DNA from: a virus
IMG/VR virus record: IMGVR_UViG_3300046167_000032
Span: 1 to 64,000 of that record
Length of the DNA stretch: 64,000 bases
Direction: 5' to 3' (one strand)
Below the pieces are notes generated by a model. It was given only the letters and a program-made list of their open reading frames with translations. It did not search any database and had not been told where the DNA came from. Of the stretch, positions 49,622-59,034 are shown piece after piece. The translations under genes and the position numbers were made by a program. How positions within the stretch are numbered: position 1 is the first letter of the stretch; each line of letters begins with the position of its first letter.

Positions 49622-52048
49622 TTATCCTAAGATTGCACCTATACCCTTACCAAGTAAGGTATCGCCACCGATAGGTGATGTAAACATTGTAGCTACTAAA
49701 CCACCCCATGCAGATGCAGAGTTATAGTCAGCTTGTAGTGCCGCAATATCTGCTTTAGCATCTATCTGTAGTTTAATTGAAGCTAGATCAACAATACGTT
49801 GTCTTTCATTTTCAGCACTATTCCATGCCCACTCCATACTATCAGAGTAGTATGACCACAAATCATTGTATGCAGTATTAGATATGTCAAGTACATTCTG
49901 TGCATTGATTTCATTAGCACGATTGATTGCTACAGTATCTGCAGTAGCAACTTGTCTACGCCACTGTGCATTATTCTGATCAATAACTAATCTATTTTGT
50001 GCATTGAACTGATCACGTTGATTCATCATCTCTGCCGCAAATCTATTCTGTGCGTTCATCTCACCTGCATTAAACTGGTTCTGTGCATTAGTTTGTGCAG
50101 TATTAAACTGTGATGTTTGTGCGGCTAAGTTAGCAAAGAACTGATCGGTTTGATTTTGACTTGATGCATTAAACTGTGCCGCCGCATTAGTTGCCGCTTG
50201 ATCTGTAAACAAAGACTGTACTTGTTGTTGTGATTTAAACAACTCAGTTTGTTGTATGTTACTCAAGTTAGTTAAGTCCATTTGCATAAATGCTTGTGCA
50301 TTCATTACAGCCGCTTGTTGTCGATTACTTAGGTTAGCCATATCTAAGTTAGACAATGCCGCTGCTTCTGCCATTACCATAGCTTGTCTATTAGACAGGT
50401 TAGCTATATTAACAGTGTTAGCATTACGACTATTCTCCAAAGCAACCTGTTGTTCAGCAGTGAAGTTCATATTAGCTACGTCACTAATCTTACTGGCATT
50501 CATAACACGTGATTGGAATGCCTGATCAAACTCTTGACCCATGAATGTTGCACGTTGCTGTGCCGCAAGCATAGCACGTTGTTGTCTGTTTGACAAGTTC
50601 TGTGTTTCAAAGGATGCTTGTGTCTGTGCATCAGCCATTGCGATAGGTAATGCTGACTCCATAGCGGCCTGTACAATGGCTTGACCTGCCATACTACTAG
50701 CACCTAAGCCACGTGCCGCCATAGTCGCTGTAGCAGTCCTCATAGCCCCTGCAGCCCATGCTGGTGTAGCTCCACCCTCAAAGTTTGTCATTAATGTGTC
50801 AAGTTGCCCTGCCACAGTAGCTTTCTGAGATGGTGATGCAGTAGCCGCTTGCACTTCTTCTGTAAATTTAGCTGCAGTTTCAGCATTTGCTACACCACTT
50901 ATAAGTTCACCATTTTCAATCTTACGCTGTACTGGGTTCTCCATTAATATGGATGTACCTTGTGCCGCATCTAACTCACTTACACTAGTTGCAGTTGCAG
51001 TCTTAGCATCTACAATAGCTTGTGGATTAACTGTACCTGTAGCCGCTTGTGTTTGTGCCAGTGCTTTTGCTACTTCATCTGCCGATGTAGCCGCAGTCAT
51101 AGTAGCCGCATCTGTAGGTGCAACAGCACCAGCTTGTGCAACAGTAGCTGTAGTTACAGGAGTAGATATATTACCTTCAACCTGCCCACTACGAGGATCA
51201 ATTATCTGATCACTAGTTATCTGCGTACCTACAGGTTGTACTGTAGCACCATAGGCTAGTGATGGATCAATAGCTCTATTAGCAATTAACTCAGATACAG
51301 ATTGACCTTCATATGCACCTGTCTGTGGTACACCACCGACTGAAGTACTTGTACTTTGAGTACTGTTTGCGTTTATATTTGGCGTAGTATCACTGGGGCC
51401 GGGACCTCTTGCAATAGCATCTGCAATAGCCTTAGCTTCAGCAGGTGATTTTACATCACGTTGTGCCTGTCTACTGACAGCCTGATCATATGTGTAGTTA
51501 TATGTCTGTGGGCTTGTATTAATTGTACCCATATTACCTTGCGCATCTATAGGACCTGTACGTGGGTCTAAAGTTCCTGATTGTTTAGCTAAATAAGCTT
51601 CATATGCTTTATCTTGCGCCTTACCAATACTACCAGAACCCATCTGACCAAAGTAAGGGCTATAGTACATATCTTGAGTACCCATAGTATTACTATTTTT
51701 AAAGTCTGTGTACTCTTGTGAATTGAAAAAGTCTTGGTTTATTTCTGGTAATCGAGGGCGGTTTAATATACCATCAGTCTTTGAACCTTCACCTGCAAAC
51801 ATGTTAGGTCTAATATTCATTTGAGAACCAGTAGCTGATGTAGTCACACCACCAACAGCATAGCTAGGTTTCTTTACCATACCACCCTTAGCCATTTCCA
51901 TAGCTTTGTTTTGATACATATTCATCTTACTCATTTTATCAGGGTTCTGATTTAAGTAATCATTAAAGCCACTCATATCACCTTGATAACCTAAGTTACC
52001 TGCAATGCGTTGCATAGCCTGTGGTTTAAATCCTTTGAACTGCATCAT
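49622..52048 (-). CDS. Putative internal virion protein, Ala/Gln/Asn-rich
   Basis: NLSNRQQ and QFNA repeats; Gly-rich hydrophobic C-terminus. Confidence 0.6.
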   Translation of the reverse strand: MMQFKGFKPQAMQRIAGNLGYQGDMSGFNDYLNQNPDKMSKMNMYQNKAMEMAKGGMVKKPSYAVGGVTTSATGSQMNIRPNMFAGEGSKTDGILNRPRLPEINQDFFNSQEYTDFKNSNTMGTQDMYYSPYFGQMGSGSIGKAQDKAYEAYLAKQSGTLDPRTGPIDAQGNMGTINTSPQTYNYTYDQAVSRQAQRDVKSPAEAKAIADAIARGPGPSDTTPNINANSTQSTSTSVGGVPQTGAYEGQSVSELIANRAIDPSLAYGATVQPVGTQITSDQIIDPRSGQVEGNISTPVTTATVAQAGAVAPTDAATMTAATSADEVAKALAQTQAATGTVNPQAIVDAKTATATSVSELDAAQGTSILMENPVQRKIENGELISGVANAETAAKFTEEVQAATASPSQKATVAGQLDTLMTNFEGGATPAWAAGAMRTATATMAARGLGASSMAGQAIVQAAMESALPIAMADAQTQASFETQNLSNRQQRAMLAAQQRATFMGQEFDQAFQSRVMNASKISDVANMNFTAEQQVALENSRNANTVNIANLSNRQAMVMAEAAALSNLDMANLSNRQQAAVMNAQAFMQMDLTNLSNIQQTELFKSQQQVQSLFTDQAATNAAAQFNASSQNQTDQFFANLAAQTSQFNTAQTNAQNQFNAGEMNAQNRFAAEMMNQRDQFNAQNRLVIDQNNAQWRRQVATADTVAINRANEINAQNVLDISNTAYNDLWSYYSDSMEWAWNSAENERQRIVDLASIKLQIDAKADIAALQADYNSASAWGGLVATMFTSPIGGDTLLGKGIGAILG

Positions 52049-52080
52049 TCTTCTATCTTCCTTATGTTGTCATGTGACAA

Positions 52081-52109
52081 ATTATACTCTATCTTAATAT
52101 CTGTGTCAA
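52081..52109 (-). promoter_or_regulatory. Perfect sigma70 consensus promoter
   Basis: TTGACA-N17-TATAAT. Confidence 0.85.
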
Positions 52110-52117
52110 GCATTAAC

Positions 52118-52618
52118 TTAATCTGCTAGTGGATTATCTAGTGCACGTTGTAATTTAGTTACTAGTCTATCTTCTAGTTCTTTCATTTCTGAAGACTGTG
52201 ATGCCCTTACACGTTCTCGTTGATTCTCAAACCTTATTTCAGCATCATCTATCATAGTACGTACCTTGTCTTCATTGTCACGTACCATATCCTCAATACG
52301 ATCTGTCTGTTGTTCTATTCTTAACAGATCATCTTTCAGACCATTCTTAATATCTCTAGTGTACTCTACACTCTCTTCAACCTTCTCAGATATACCAGAC
52401 ACTTTAGCATCCATTACATCCATTTGTTGTTGATATGCACCTAAGTCTAACCCTGCAACTTCTTCTATCTTTTGGTATAGAGTGAAGCCACCATACAGAC
52501 CACCAACTACTGTAGACAAGAAAGCTATTATAGCTAGTACTGAACTTGCTGTTAGTTTTACACCACCAGCTTTTACTTCTTTATCTGCTAGGCTTTCAAC
52601 GTTTGTTAAATCTACCAT
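52118..52618 (-). CDS. Membrane-anchored coiled-coil protein
   Basis: TM VLAIIAFLSTVVGGLYGGF followed by a long coiled coil ending DNPLAD. Confidence 0.75.
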   Translation of the reverse strand: MVDLTNVESLADKEVKAGGVKLTASSVLAIIAFLSTVVGGLYGGFTLYQKIEEVAGLDLGAYQQQMDVMDAKVSGISEKVEESVEYTRDIKNGLKDDLLRIEQQTDRIEDMVRDNEDKVRTMIDDAEIRFENQRERVRASQSSEMKELEDRLVTKLQRALDNPLAD

Positions 52619-53034
52619 TAGTTCTCAAAGTCCATACCACCTGTCTGTTGCAGGTTCTTTAATGCTTCTAGCTCATTACGTAGTTGTTGTATCTCTAGTC
52701 TACGTTGAGCTAACTCTACCTGATACAAGTCGTCACAATTAATACGAGACTTAGGTTTATCAAGAGGTATAACAACACGAGCATATAATCCTACATCTTT
52801 ACTTTGGTGTGCAAAACTTGATGGACTAAATGTACCACCTACATTGTTGACTACACCTGTAACACCAAACTCTAAGTTTACACCACCACCTACAGCATTA
52901 CTACAGTCTAAGTTACCTGCCCTAAATCTATCTGACTGATAGTTCATTGGTGGGTTAGGTAGTGTTAGAGCTAGGTTGTTACTCTCAGCTACTGCTGAAC
53001 TAGCTACGACACATAATGCCAATGCTAATCTCAT
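52618..53034 (-). CDS. Secreted protein with C-terminal coiled coil
   Basis: Signal MRLALALCVVASSAVA, Cys pair, amphipathic beta-strands VNLEFGV / VGLYARVVIPL. Confidence 0.75.
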   Translation of the reverse strand: MRLALALCVVASSAVAESNNLALTLPNPPMNYQSDRFRAGNLDCSNAVGGGVNLEFGVTGVVNNVGGTFSPSSFAHQSKDVGLYARVVIPLDKPKSRINCDDLYQVELAQRRLEIQQLRNELEALKNLQQTGGMDFEN

Positions 53035-53417
53035 GCAGGTTCACCATCAATACGAGAGCATATCCTAGAGACAACCAAAGTTCTTGAGTCTGTCTTTTTT
53101 CTTACCTTTGATGTAGTACAAATATATGTAGCTTCATCTAAATCTAACTCACGTATATACACAATAAAATCTTTACGTTCTTTATAACCTACTTTAATGA
53201 TCCTATACTTAGATGAGAATGGTAGGTTTGTAAAGTTTAAATCAAATAAATCTATCTGATAATATTCTACATCTTCTCGTGAGTTAAACAAAGACATCTC
53301 TGCTTTAACTACACCTGCAACATACGTAGGTTTTAACATTGGGTAGGCTGGTGTCATTTCATGTGCAGAAACAACAGTAGCCCAACCCATAAACGCTATG
53401 ATTAGTTTATTTAGCAA
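53031..53417 (-). CDS. Secreted Ig-like protein (periplasmic pilus-chaperone-like)
   Basis: TTG start, signal ...WATVVSA, HEMTP...SLFNSR pattern, Cys pair. Confidence 0.5.
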   Translation of the reverse strand: MLNKLIIAFMGWATVVSAHEMTPAYPMLKPTYVAGVVKAEMSLFNSREDVEYYQIDLFDLNFTNLPFSSKYRIIKVGYKERKDFIVYIRELDLDEATYICTTSKVRKKTDSRTLVVSRICSRIDGEPA

Positions 53418-53895
53418 TACAAGTAGCCTGTACAACTGCAGTGTACGTACCTCCCGGCAAAGGTTTAGCTGAACCGTAGACTGCACTTGATGCAGTAGAG
53501 AACCATGTTGAACCTGCAAGAGTTAGGTTAAAGATAGTGGTACTATCTACTACAACTTTTGCATCATTATAAGCTGACATTCCTGACACAGAAGTTTTAG
53601 TTACACTTGTACTTCCTGTCCATGCAAGTGTATCTGTAAGGTTGGGTGAAGAGCTAAAGGATGTAGGGTGAGTTATGTTTGCAGTGTATGAGTCTGCAAT
53701 AGATACATCAAACCTAATTACAGGTAGTACACCACCATCTGAAGGTGTTGTGCTTAACTTACTGGCAATAGGGTTGCCGTATACACCAGCTTTATCTGCT
53801 TGAATAACACACTTGGCGGCTACGCTTCCTGTAATATCTACAGTAGCAAATGCTGGTAATGCACAAAGTGATAGTAGTGCTGTTAAATATTTCAT
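53407..53895 (-). CDS. Secreted fimbrial-subunit-like protein
   Basis: Signal MKYLTALLSLCALPAFA; VDITGSVAAKC N-terminus; PGGTYTAVVQAT C-terminus. Confidence 0.55.
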   Translation of the reverse strand: MKYLTALLSLCALPAFATVDITGSVAAKCVIQADKAGVYGNPIASKLSTTPSDGGVLPVIRFDVSIADSYTANITHPTSFSSSPNLTDTLAWTGSTSVTKTSVSGMSAYNDAKVVVDSTTIFNLTLAGSTWFSTASSAVYGSAKPLPGGTYTAVVQATCIAK

Positions 53896-53903
53896 TGTAT
53901 TCC

Positions 53904-54776
53904 TCATTTGTTATACTGCATGTCTACCATTTTTTCATGTAGTACTTGTTGGGCTAAATTGTTTCGTAAGGCTTTCTTATTGTCGGGTATAGTTCCATCT
54001 TTTAATCCAGCCGCATCGTTTAGTGTACCGCCGTTTATCTTTGCATTATAATACATATTGATATTAGTTTGTTTGTTTAGGGCTAATATTATATCGCTTT
54101 GATTCTGTGCCTTGAATAGTGTAAGAGCATTAGCAGAGGCAGTTAATCCCATCTCTATGCGTGTCTCCTCTTCTTCCTCTTCTTCATCTAGTATAAGTTT
54201 ACCATCTTCGTCATACTGAAACTCTTCAGCTTCTAGTGTATCTACAACTGCATCATCTTCTAGTGCATCATAGACTATAACCTCTGGTAATACTGGCATA
54301 GGCTTTACATAACCTACACAAGATGGGTCAGACTGTGGATCATAGCATTTGTCTAACCTGTAGTTGTATATTACAACAGCATCTTTAACAGTTCCTTCAC
54401 CCTCAACTTCAACAAACCCAGTACCCCATTTAGATGCTGGTATATTTGAAAGAGGGAAAGACTTAACAATAGTATTTCCGGGTACGCCAGACCAGTCATC
54501 AGTCTCTCTAAATGTATAACCATCTCCACTTGCGTTGTGATTACCTACATGTACCTTCATGTCAGCATCTGGGTCTTTTACTGTAGTGTACCTATATAGT
54601 AATCCATTTATATCTACACCACCGATACTAGGTAAGATAGAGTCCATAGCCCAACTTAATGCATTAGATGCCGCATTACCTGTAGCTCCATACGTATATG
54701 GTTCAGAGTAGGAGTAAGAAGGCAAGAGTACTAAAGATAACACCCAAGCCAATCTTAGTTTCACTGTTCTCATCAA
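53904..54776 (-). CDS. Secreted protein with acidic linker
   Basis: Signal-like N-terminus, CYDPQSDPSC, poly-Glu tract. Confidence 0.75.
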   Translation of the reverse strand: MMRTVKLRLAWVLSLVLLPSYSYSEPYTYGATGNAASNALSWAMDSILPSIGGVDINGLLYRYTTVKDPDADMKVHVGNHNASGDGYTFRETDDWSGVPGNTIVKSFPLSNIPASKWGTGFVEVEGEGTVKDAVVIYNYRLDKCYDPQSDPSCVGYVKPMPVLPEVIVYDALEDDAVVDTLEAEEFQYDEDGKLILDEEEEEEETRIEMGLTASANALTLFKAQNQSDIILALNKQTNINMYYNAKINGGTLNDAAGLKDGTIPDNKKALRNNLAQQVLHEKMVDMQYNK

Positions 54777-55257
54777 ACATCTTTCTGATTACATCGTTTT
54801 GATCTCGTTCGATCTCATCTTTAACTGCTTCCATATCCCATGCTAGTCTAGCTTGATCACCAACTAATCCATCTTTAGGGCATGGTGTACCTGCATTCAT
54901 CATAGCATCAAACACTCTTTCGTCTTGACACATTACTGATACTGCGGCTACCTTCATGCCCATGTCATACATAGTCTTAGCATTCTTGAGCTTCTCACAG
55001 TTCATGTCACGTACTGTACGACCTGCTGAGATACCTAGTATCTGTGTCTGTACTGCCCCTGCTACACCTACAGTACATAAGTCAGAGTTACTTGCACTTA
55101 TCTGTGGAGATATAGCCGATGGTGGTGGGCTATTGATTGTAGTATCCATAGAACCATTTGAAGTTATAGTACTATTAGTGTCAGTCTTTATAACATCATC
55201 ATCGGCATGTGCAATACTACCGATTAGTAGGGTAAATAGTATAAGTAAGAGTTTCAT
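54703..55257 (-). CDS. Secreted Cys-containing protein with C-terminal anchor (copy B)
   Basis: Allele of 136-693. Confidence 0.8.
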   Translation of the reverse strand: MKLLLILFTLLIGSIAHADDDVIKTDTNSTITSNGSMDTTINSPPPSAISPQISASNSDLCTVGVAGAVQTQILGISAGRTVRDMNCEKLKNAKTMYDMGMKVAAVSVMCQDERVFDAMMNAGTPCPKDGLVGDQARLAWDMEAVKDEIERDQNDVIRKMFDENSETKIGLGVIFSTLAFLLLL

Positions 55258-55520
55258 TTATTATCTTGTTCTGCCATTCTCTCTACTAGGTTACGAATAG
55301 CTTTAATGTTTTCATCAATACGTCCTAGAGAGACAGCTTGCATTTGTACTGTCTTCTCTAGTGTATTTATACGAGTTTCTTGGCGAACTAAATCACGAGC
55401 ATTATTTTTGACGGAAGAGTCTAATGAAGACACATACCATACAAGTGATATAGTTTGTAGTACGATAGCTACGATTAACGTAACTGGTACTGACTTAGAA
55501 AGATGCCAACTCTCAGTCAT
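55254..55520 (-). CDS. Single-TM coiled-coil protein (copy B)
   Basis: Same protein as 690-956, synonymous SNPs only. Confidence 0.8.
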   Translation of the reverse strand: MTESWHLSKSVPVTLIVAIVLQTISLVWYVSSLDSSVKNNARDLVRQETRINTLEKTVQMQAVSLGRIDENIKAIRNLVERMAEQDNK

Positions 55521-55533
55521 GGTTTAGTATTCC

Positions 55534-55761
55534 TTATTCTGGTTTAGTAGGCCATGTTATATTATTTGGGAAGCCATCTTGATCTGTAACGTCCAAAAGA
55601 GCTTGGCGATAATTTTTCCATGCAGTCTTCTGTTCATCAGATTTTGCTTCCCATTCAATAAATCTGCTAGGCATTGGGTCAACTTCAGTTTCTAAAAGTT
55701 GATCTCTTATTAACCTAACGGCGCTTTCCATTTGCTCTACTGAGTGTTCTTCACTAGACAT
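55534..55761 (-). CDS. Tail fibre assembly chaperone-like protein
   Basis: WKNYRQALLDVTDQDGFPNNITWPTKP. Confidence 0.8.
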   Translation of the reverse strand: MSSEEHSVEQMESAVRLIRDQLLETEVDPMPSRFIEWEAKSDEQKTAWKNYRQALLDVTDQDGFPNNITWPTKPE

Positions 55762-55780
55762 TTTTAATACCTTTTTTTAA

Positions 55781-57718
55781 TTAAAGTGGGATTATAGCTA
55801 ATTGCATTGAGGAATCATACCATTGAAGATAGCCTTGGTTTTGAGTTTCATGTTCCCCAGCCGTAACTCTAATTTTCTGACCTGAAGAAAGATATGCACT
55901 ACTCCAACTGCCAAACGGATTACTGATACTGCCTGTACTTGAGCTAGGAGAACCGCCATAAAACGGATTTGTGCTATTAACGACATTACCATTAACATAT
56001 ACTCTATATGAGTAGCCATAATAACCACCTGTTGAAGTATAATACCTATATTTTAGTAGGGCACTTATCGCAAATACAAGACAATCAGAAGTTGCAGTAT
56101 ATTCCAGCAAATACTGACCAGCATTGTATTTTTCTAAAGCACCCTTGTCGTCATTATATGCCGCATTATTACCAGAAGTTATTGTAACAACGCTCGCTCC
56201 ACCAGCAGGGTCTGTCCATTGAGCAGTACCAGCAGATGCGTATGTAAGCAGTTGGTTTGCAGAACCGCCACTAGGGATGTGATTGTTACCATTACCTGTT
56301 GGGTGTGTGTAGTTATTAGCACTTGTTGCTATGCCATCAAGCTTAGAACCATCTGATGCTACATCACGTCCGTCTACTGTACCTGATACAGCTATATTGC
56401 CTGTTACGTCAACTCCGCTTGATGTTGTTTCAATTTTCTTTGAATTGTCGTAACGTAGATTTACAGCACCATCCTTACTAGCACCTATATAAACTTCACC
56501 TGATGAACTACCAATCTCAACATAATTATCATCTTGTATATACATATTACCAGTAGTATTAGTAACAAATGTATGTGAACCATTGTGATAAATCTGTAGG
56601 TCATCAGCATTACCAAATCTAGCTTTCTCATTATCTCCAAAGCTAATTGAGTGACCATTGACATCTAAAGCTCCACCTAGTTGTGGTGTAGTGTCACTCA
56701 CAATGTCTGTGCTTAGATTATCAAATGATGTTTTAAACGCTGCTATGTCTACACCATCTACTGTACCTGATACTGCAACGTTGCCTGTTACTGATATGCC
56801 TGTTGATGTTGTGGCTAGTTTAAGGTTGTTGTCGTAGTAAAGTTTTACTGCGCCATCTTTTATAAACTCAGACATTTTTCCGTTTGCGCCGCTACCATCA
56901 CTTACTAACTGTATCATTGAACCGTTAGTATCTATAGATAGTATGCCATCCCCCACATCTTCTATGTATGAGTTATTACCGTCATGGTATATTCTAAAAT
57001 CAGACCCAGCACCGAATATGGCTTTGTCGTTGTCACCGAATGACAAGTCACCTGTCATTGTGCCACCAGCTTTTGGTAACTTGGTAGCCAATGCTGTTGT
57101 GAGTGTAGAATTATAGTTAGCATCATCATTGATAGCCGCAGCTAACTCATTCAAATCATTGAGTGTGCTTGGTGCGCCACCTATAAGTGTTGTAATCTTA
57201 TCTGTAACGTAAGCTGTTGTAGCTACCTTAGTACTATCATCAGACTCAGCTTGTGTTGTTGCTGTAGTAGTAGATGATAGAGAACCGCTAAGTGTACCAC
57301 TGATAGTACCTGTAGCTGTTATGTTACGGAAACCTGTTATATCTTTGTTTGTATTGACTACGACAGCTTTAGATGCTGATACTGTACCTGCAGTAATACC
57401 ATCAATGCTCTCTAAGTCATTCTCATTAATATCAGCACTACCTATTACAAAGCTACCGCCTGAGATAGCACCTGTAGTTGTTATAGTAGATGAGCCGTTG
57501 TCTATATTACCAAAGCCTGACGTTATGCTACCACTATTCAATGAACCTGTAGAGGTGATGTTAGTTGTAGTGATACCATCGACGTATGCTTTGATAGACT
57601 GCTGACTAGCAATACCAGTAGCAGAGTCACTAGCAAGATTATCCTCATCAAGGAAGCTCTTACCATCTAAGATGTTTATCTCTTGAGCACTATCTGCTAA
57701 GTCTCTTGCCTTACTCAT
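55781..57718 (-). CDS. Tail fibre 2 (allele B)
   Basis: First ~220 aa nearly identical to 977-3334; different C-terminal part. Confidence 0.88.
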   Translation of the reverse strand: MSKARDLADSAQEINILDGKSFLDEDNLASDSATGIASQQSIKAYVDGITTTNITSTGSLNSGSITSGFGNIDNGSSTITTTGAISGGSFVIGSADINENDLESIDGITAGTVSASKAVVVNTNKDITGFRNITATGTISGTLSGSLSSTTTATTQAESDDSTKVATTAYVTDKITTLIGGAPSTLNDLNELAAAINDDANYNSTLTTALATKLPKAGGTMTGDLSFGDNDKAIFGAGSDFRIYHDGNNSYIEDVGDGILSIDTNGSMIQLVSDGSGANGKMSEFIKDGAVKLYYDNNLKLATTSTGISVTGNVAVSGTVDGVDIAAFKTSFDNLSTDIVSDTTPQLGGALDVNGHSISFGDNEKARFGNADDLQIYHNGSHTFVTNTTGNMYIQDDNYVEIGSSSGEVYIGASKDGAVNLRYDNSKKIETTSSGVDVTGNIAVSGTVDGRDVASDGSKLDGIATSANNYTHPTGNGNNHIPSGGSANQLLTYASAGTAQWTDPAGGASVVTITSGNNAAYNDDKGALEKYNAGQYLLEYTATSDCLVFAISALLKYRYYTSTGGYYGYSYRVYVNGNVVNSTNPFYGGSPSSSTGSISNPFGSWSSAYLSSGQKIRVTAGEHETQNQGYLQWYDSSMQLAIIPL

Positions 57719-57737
57719 GTTTGATCTCCTATGTAAA

Positions 57738-58046
57738 TCATTCTTCTACTAACATCCAAGATGTAATATCTTCATTCCAAATATATTTGTTTTCTATATC
57801 AGGTATTTCTACTGGTGCATTCCATTGACAAGTAGTTTCGTTTAATACCCATGAAGGGTATGGTTTTGGGTGTATAAAAGCGTCTCTAGTGCTATCGTAA
57901 GTACCACCTACACTAGCATAATTTTTTCTTATGTTGCTATTGTATGAGGTTTGTACCCACGTACCTTCAAGCTCACTAATATAATCTTCATCAGCAACAA
58001 TTACCTCTACAACTGTGCCTTCTATAATCTTTGCGTAATGTGCCAT
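57738..58046 (-). CDS. Small partner of glycine-rich fibre-tip protein
   Basis: MAHYAKI...WVQTSYN..IRKNYA..G.TYD..RDAFI.PKPYPSW.L.E.TC.W.AP. Confidence 0.7.
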   Translation of the reverse strand: MAHYAKIIEGTVVEVIVADEDYISELEGTWVQTSYNSNIRKNYASVGGTYDSTRDAFIHPKPYPSWVLNETTCQWNAPVEIPDIENKYIWNEDITSWMLVEE

Positions 58047-58059
58047 ATTTTATTTACCT

Positions 58060-59031
58060 TTAAGAGATAGCGTATCTAACAATAACAATTCCAGAACCGC
58101 CACCGCCACCATATCTAGTGCCATCGTAACCAAGAGATCGGCCACCACCGCCACCTCCACCTGTGTTAGCAGAAGCTGAAGGGGCATAGGGTTGGCTTCC
58201 ACTAGCACCATTTGCACCGCCACCAGACCCACCAGAACCACCTGAGTAATCCCAAGCACCACCACCTCCGCCACCAGCGTAGTAAGTTCCATTTAGCCAC
58301 TGAGAACCATTACCTCCAGCAGTACCATTAGAGCTACCATAACCTGTTTGATTAGTCCCAGATTGACTTGCGCCTCCACCGCCAGCACCAGCAGAATAAT
58401 AGCTGTTAGTTCTATTACCTCCACTATTACCTTGACCTGAAGTTCCTGAACCACCTGATTTATTATCTGGCCCACCTGATGCTCCACCACCAGAACCCCC
58501 AGAGTTACCATTATAGCCTTCACCACCACCGCCACCGCCGCCAGTTGAGGTCAAACCAAAGCCAGAACTGTTAGAACCATTGCTACCTGATGATAAATAA
58601 CCACCGCCGTTACCGCCAGCACCTATAGTAATACTATATCCTTGAGCAGAAGAGTTAGCAGAACCTGTCCTGTACCCTCCAGCACCACCACCGCCGCCGT
58701 GGGCTGTACCACCGCCTCCACCACCAGCTACTACAAGATACTGTAAAGTGTTTGAACCTGCGGCATTTCCAATAGAGCTGACAGTAAATGTACCTGACGA
58801 AGTAAAGACATGATATTTATAACCACCAGAAGTAGATGTTGTACCACCAGAGGCTGAAATATACTGTGCATTAGCCTTACCATGACCTTGAGACATAGCA
58901 ATTTGACCATCAGCATCATCAAATAGAGTTCTTACAGCACTGTCATTCATGGTGATTTGTGCTGTACCACTTAGGCCAAGCTCTACATTTACGTCATTTA
59001 AAGATATCTGTCCGCTAGATGGTAACGTCAT
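58060..59031 (-). CDS. Glycine-rich putative adhesin / fibre-tip protein
   Basis: MTLPSSGQISLNDVNVELG attachment-type N-terminus, many polyglycine runs, GGGGSGIVIVRY end. Confidence 0.75.
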   Translation of the reverse strand: MTLPSSGQISLNDVNVELGLSGTAQITMNDSAVRTLFDDADGQIAMSQGHGKANAQYISASGGTTSTSGGYKYHVFTSSGTFTVSSIGNAAGSNTLQYLVVAGGGGGGTAHGGGGGAGGYRTGSANSSAQGYSITIGAGGNGGGYLSSGSNGSNSSGFGLTSTGGGGGGGEGYNGNSGGSGGGASGGPDNKSGGSGTSGQGNSGGNRTNSYYSAGAGGGGASQSGTNQTGYGSSNGTAGGNGSQWLNGTYYAGGGGGGAWDYSGGSGGSGGGANGASGSQPYAPSASANTGGGGGGGRSLGYDGTRYGGGGGSGIVIVRYAIS

Positions 59032-59034
59032 GTG

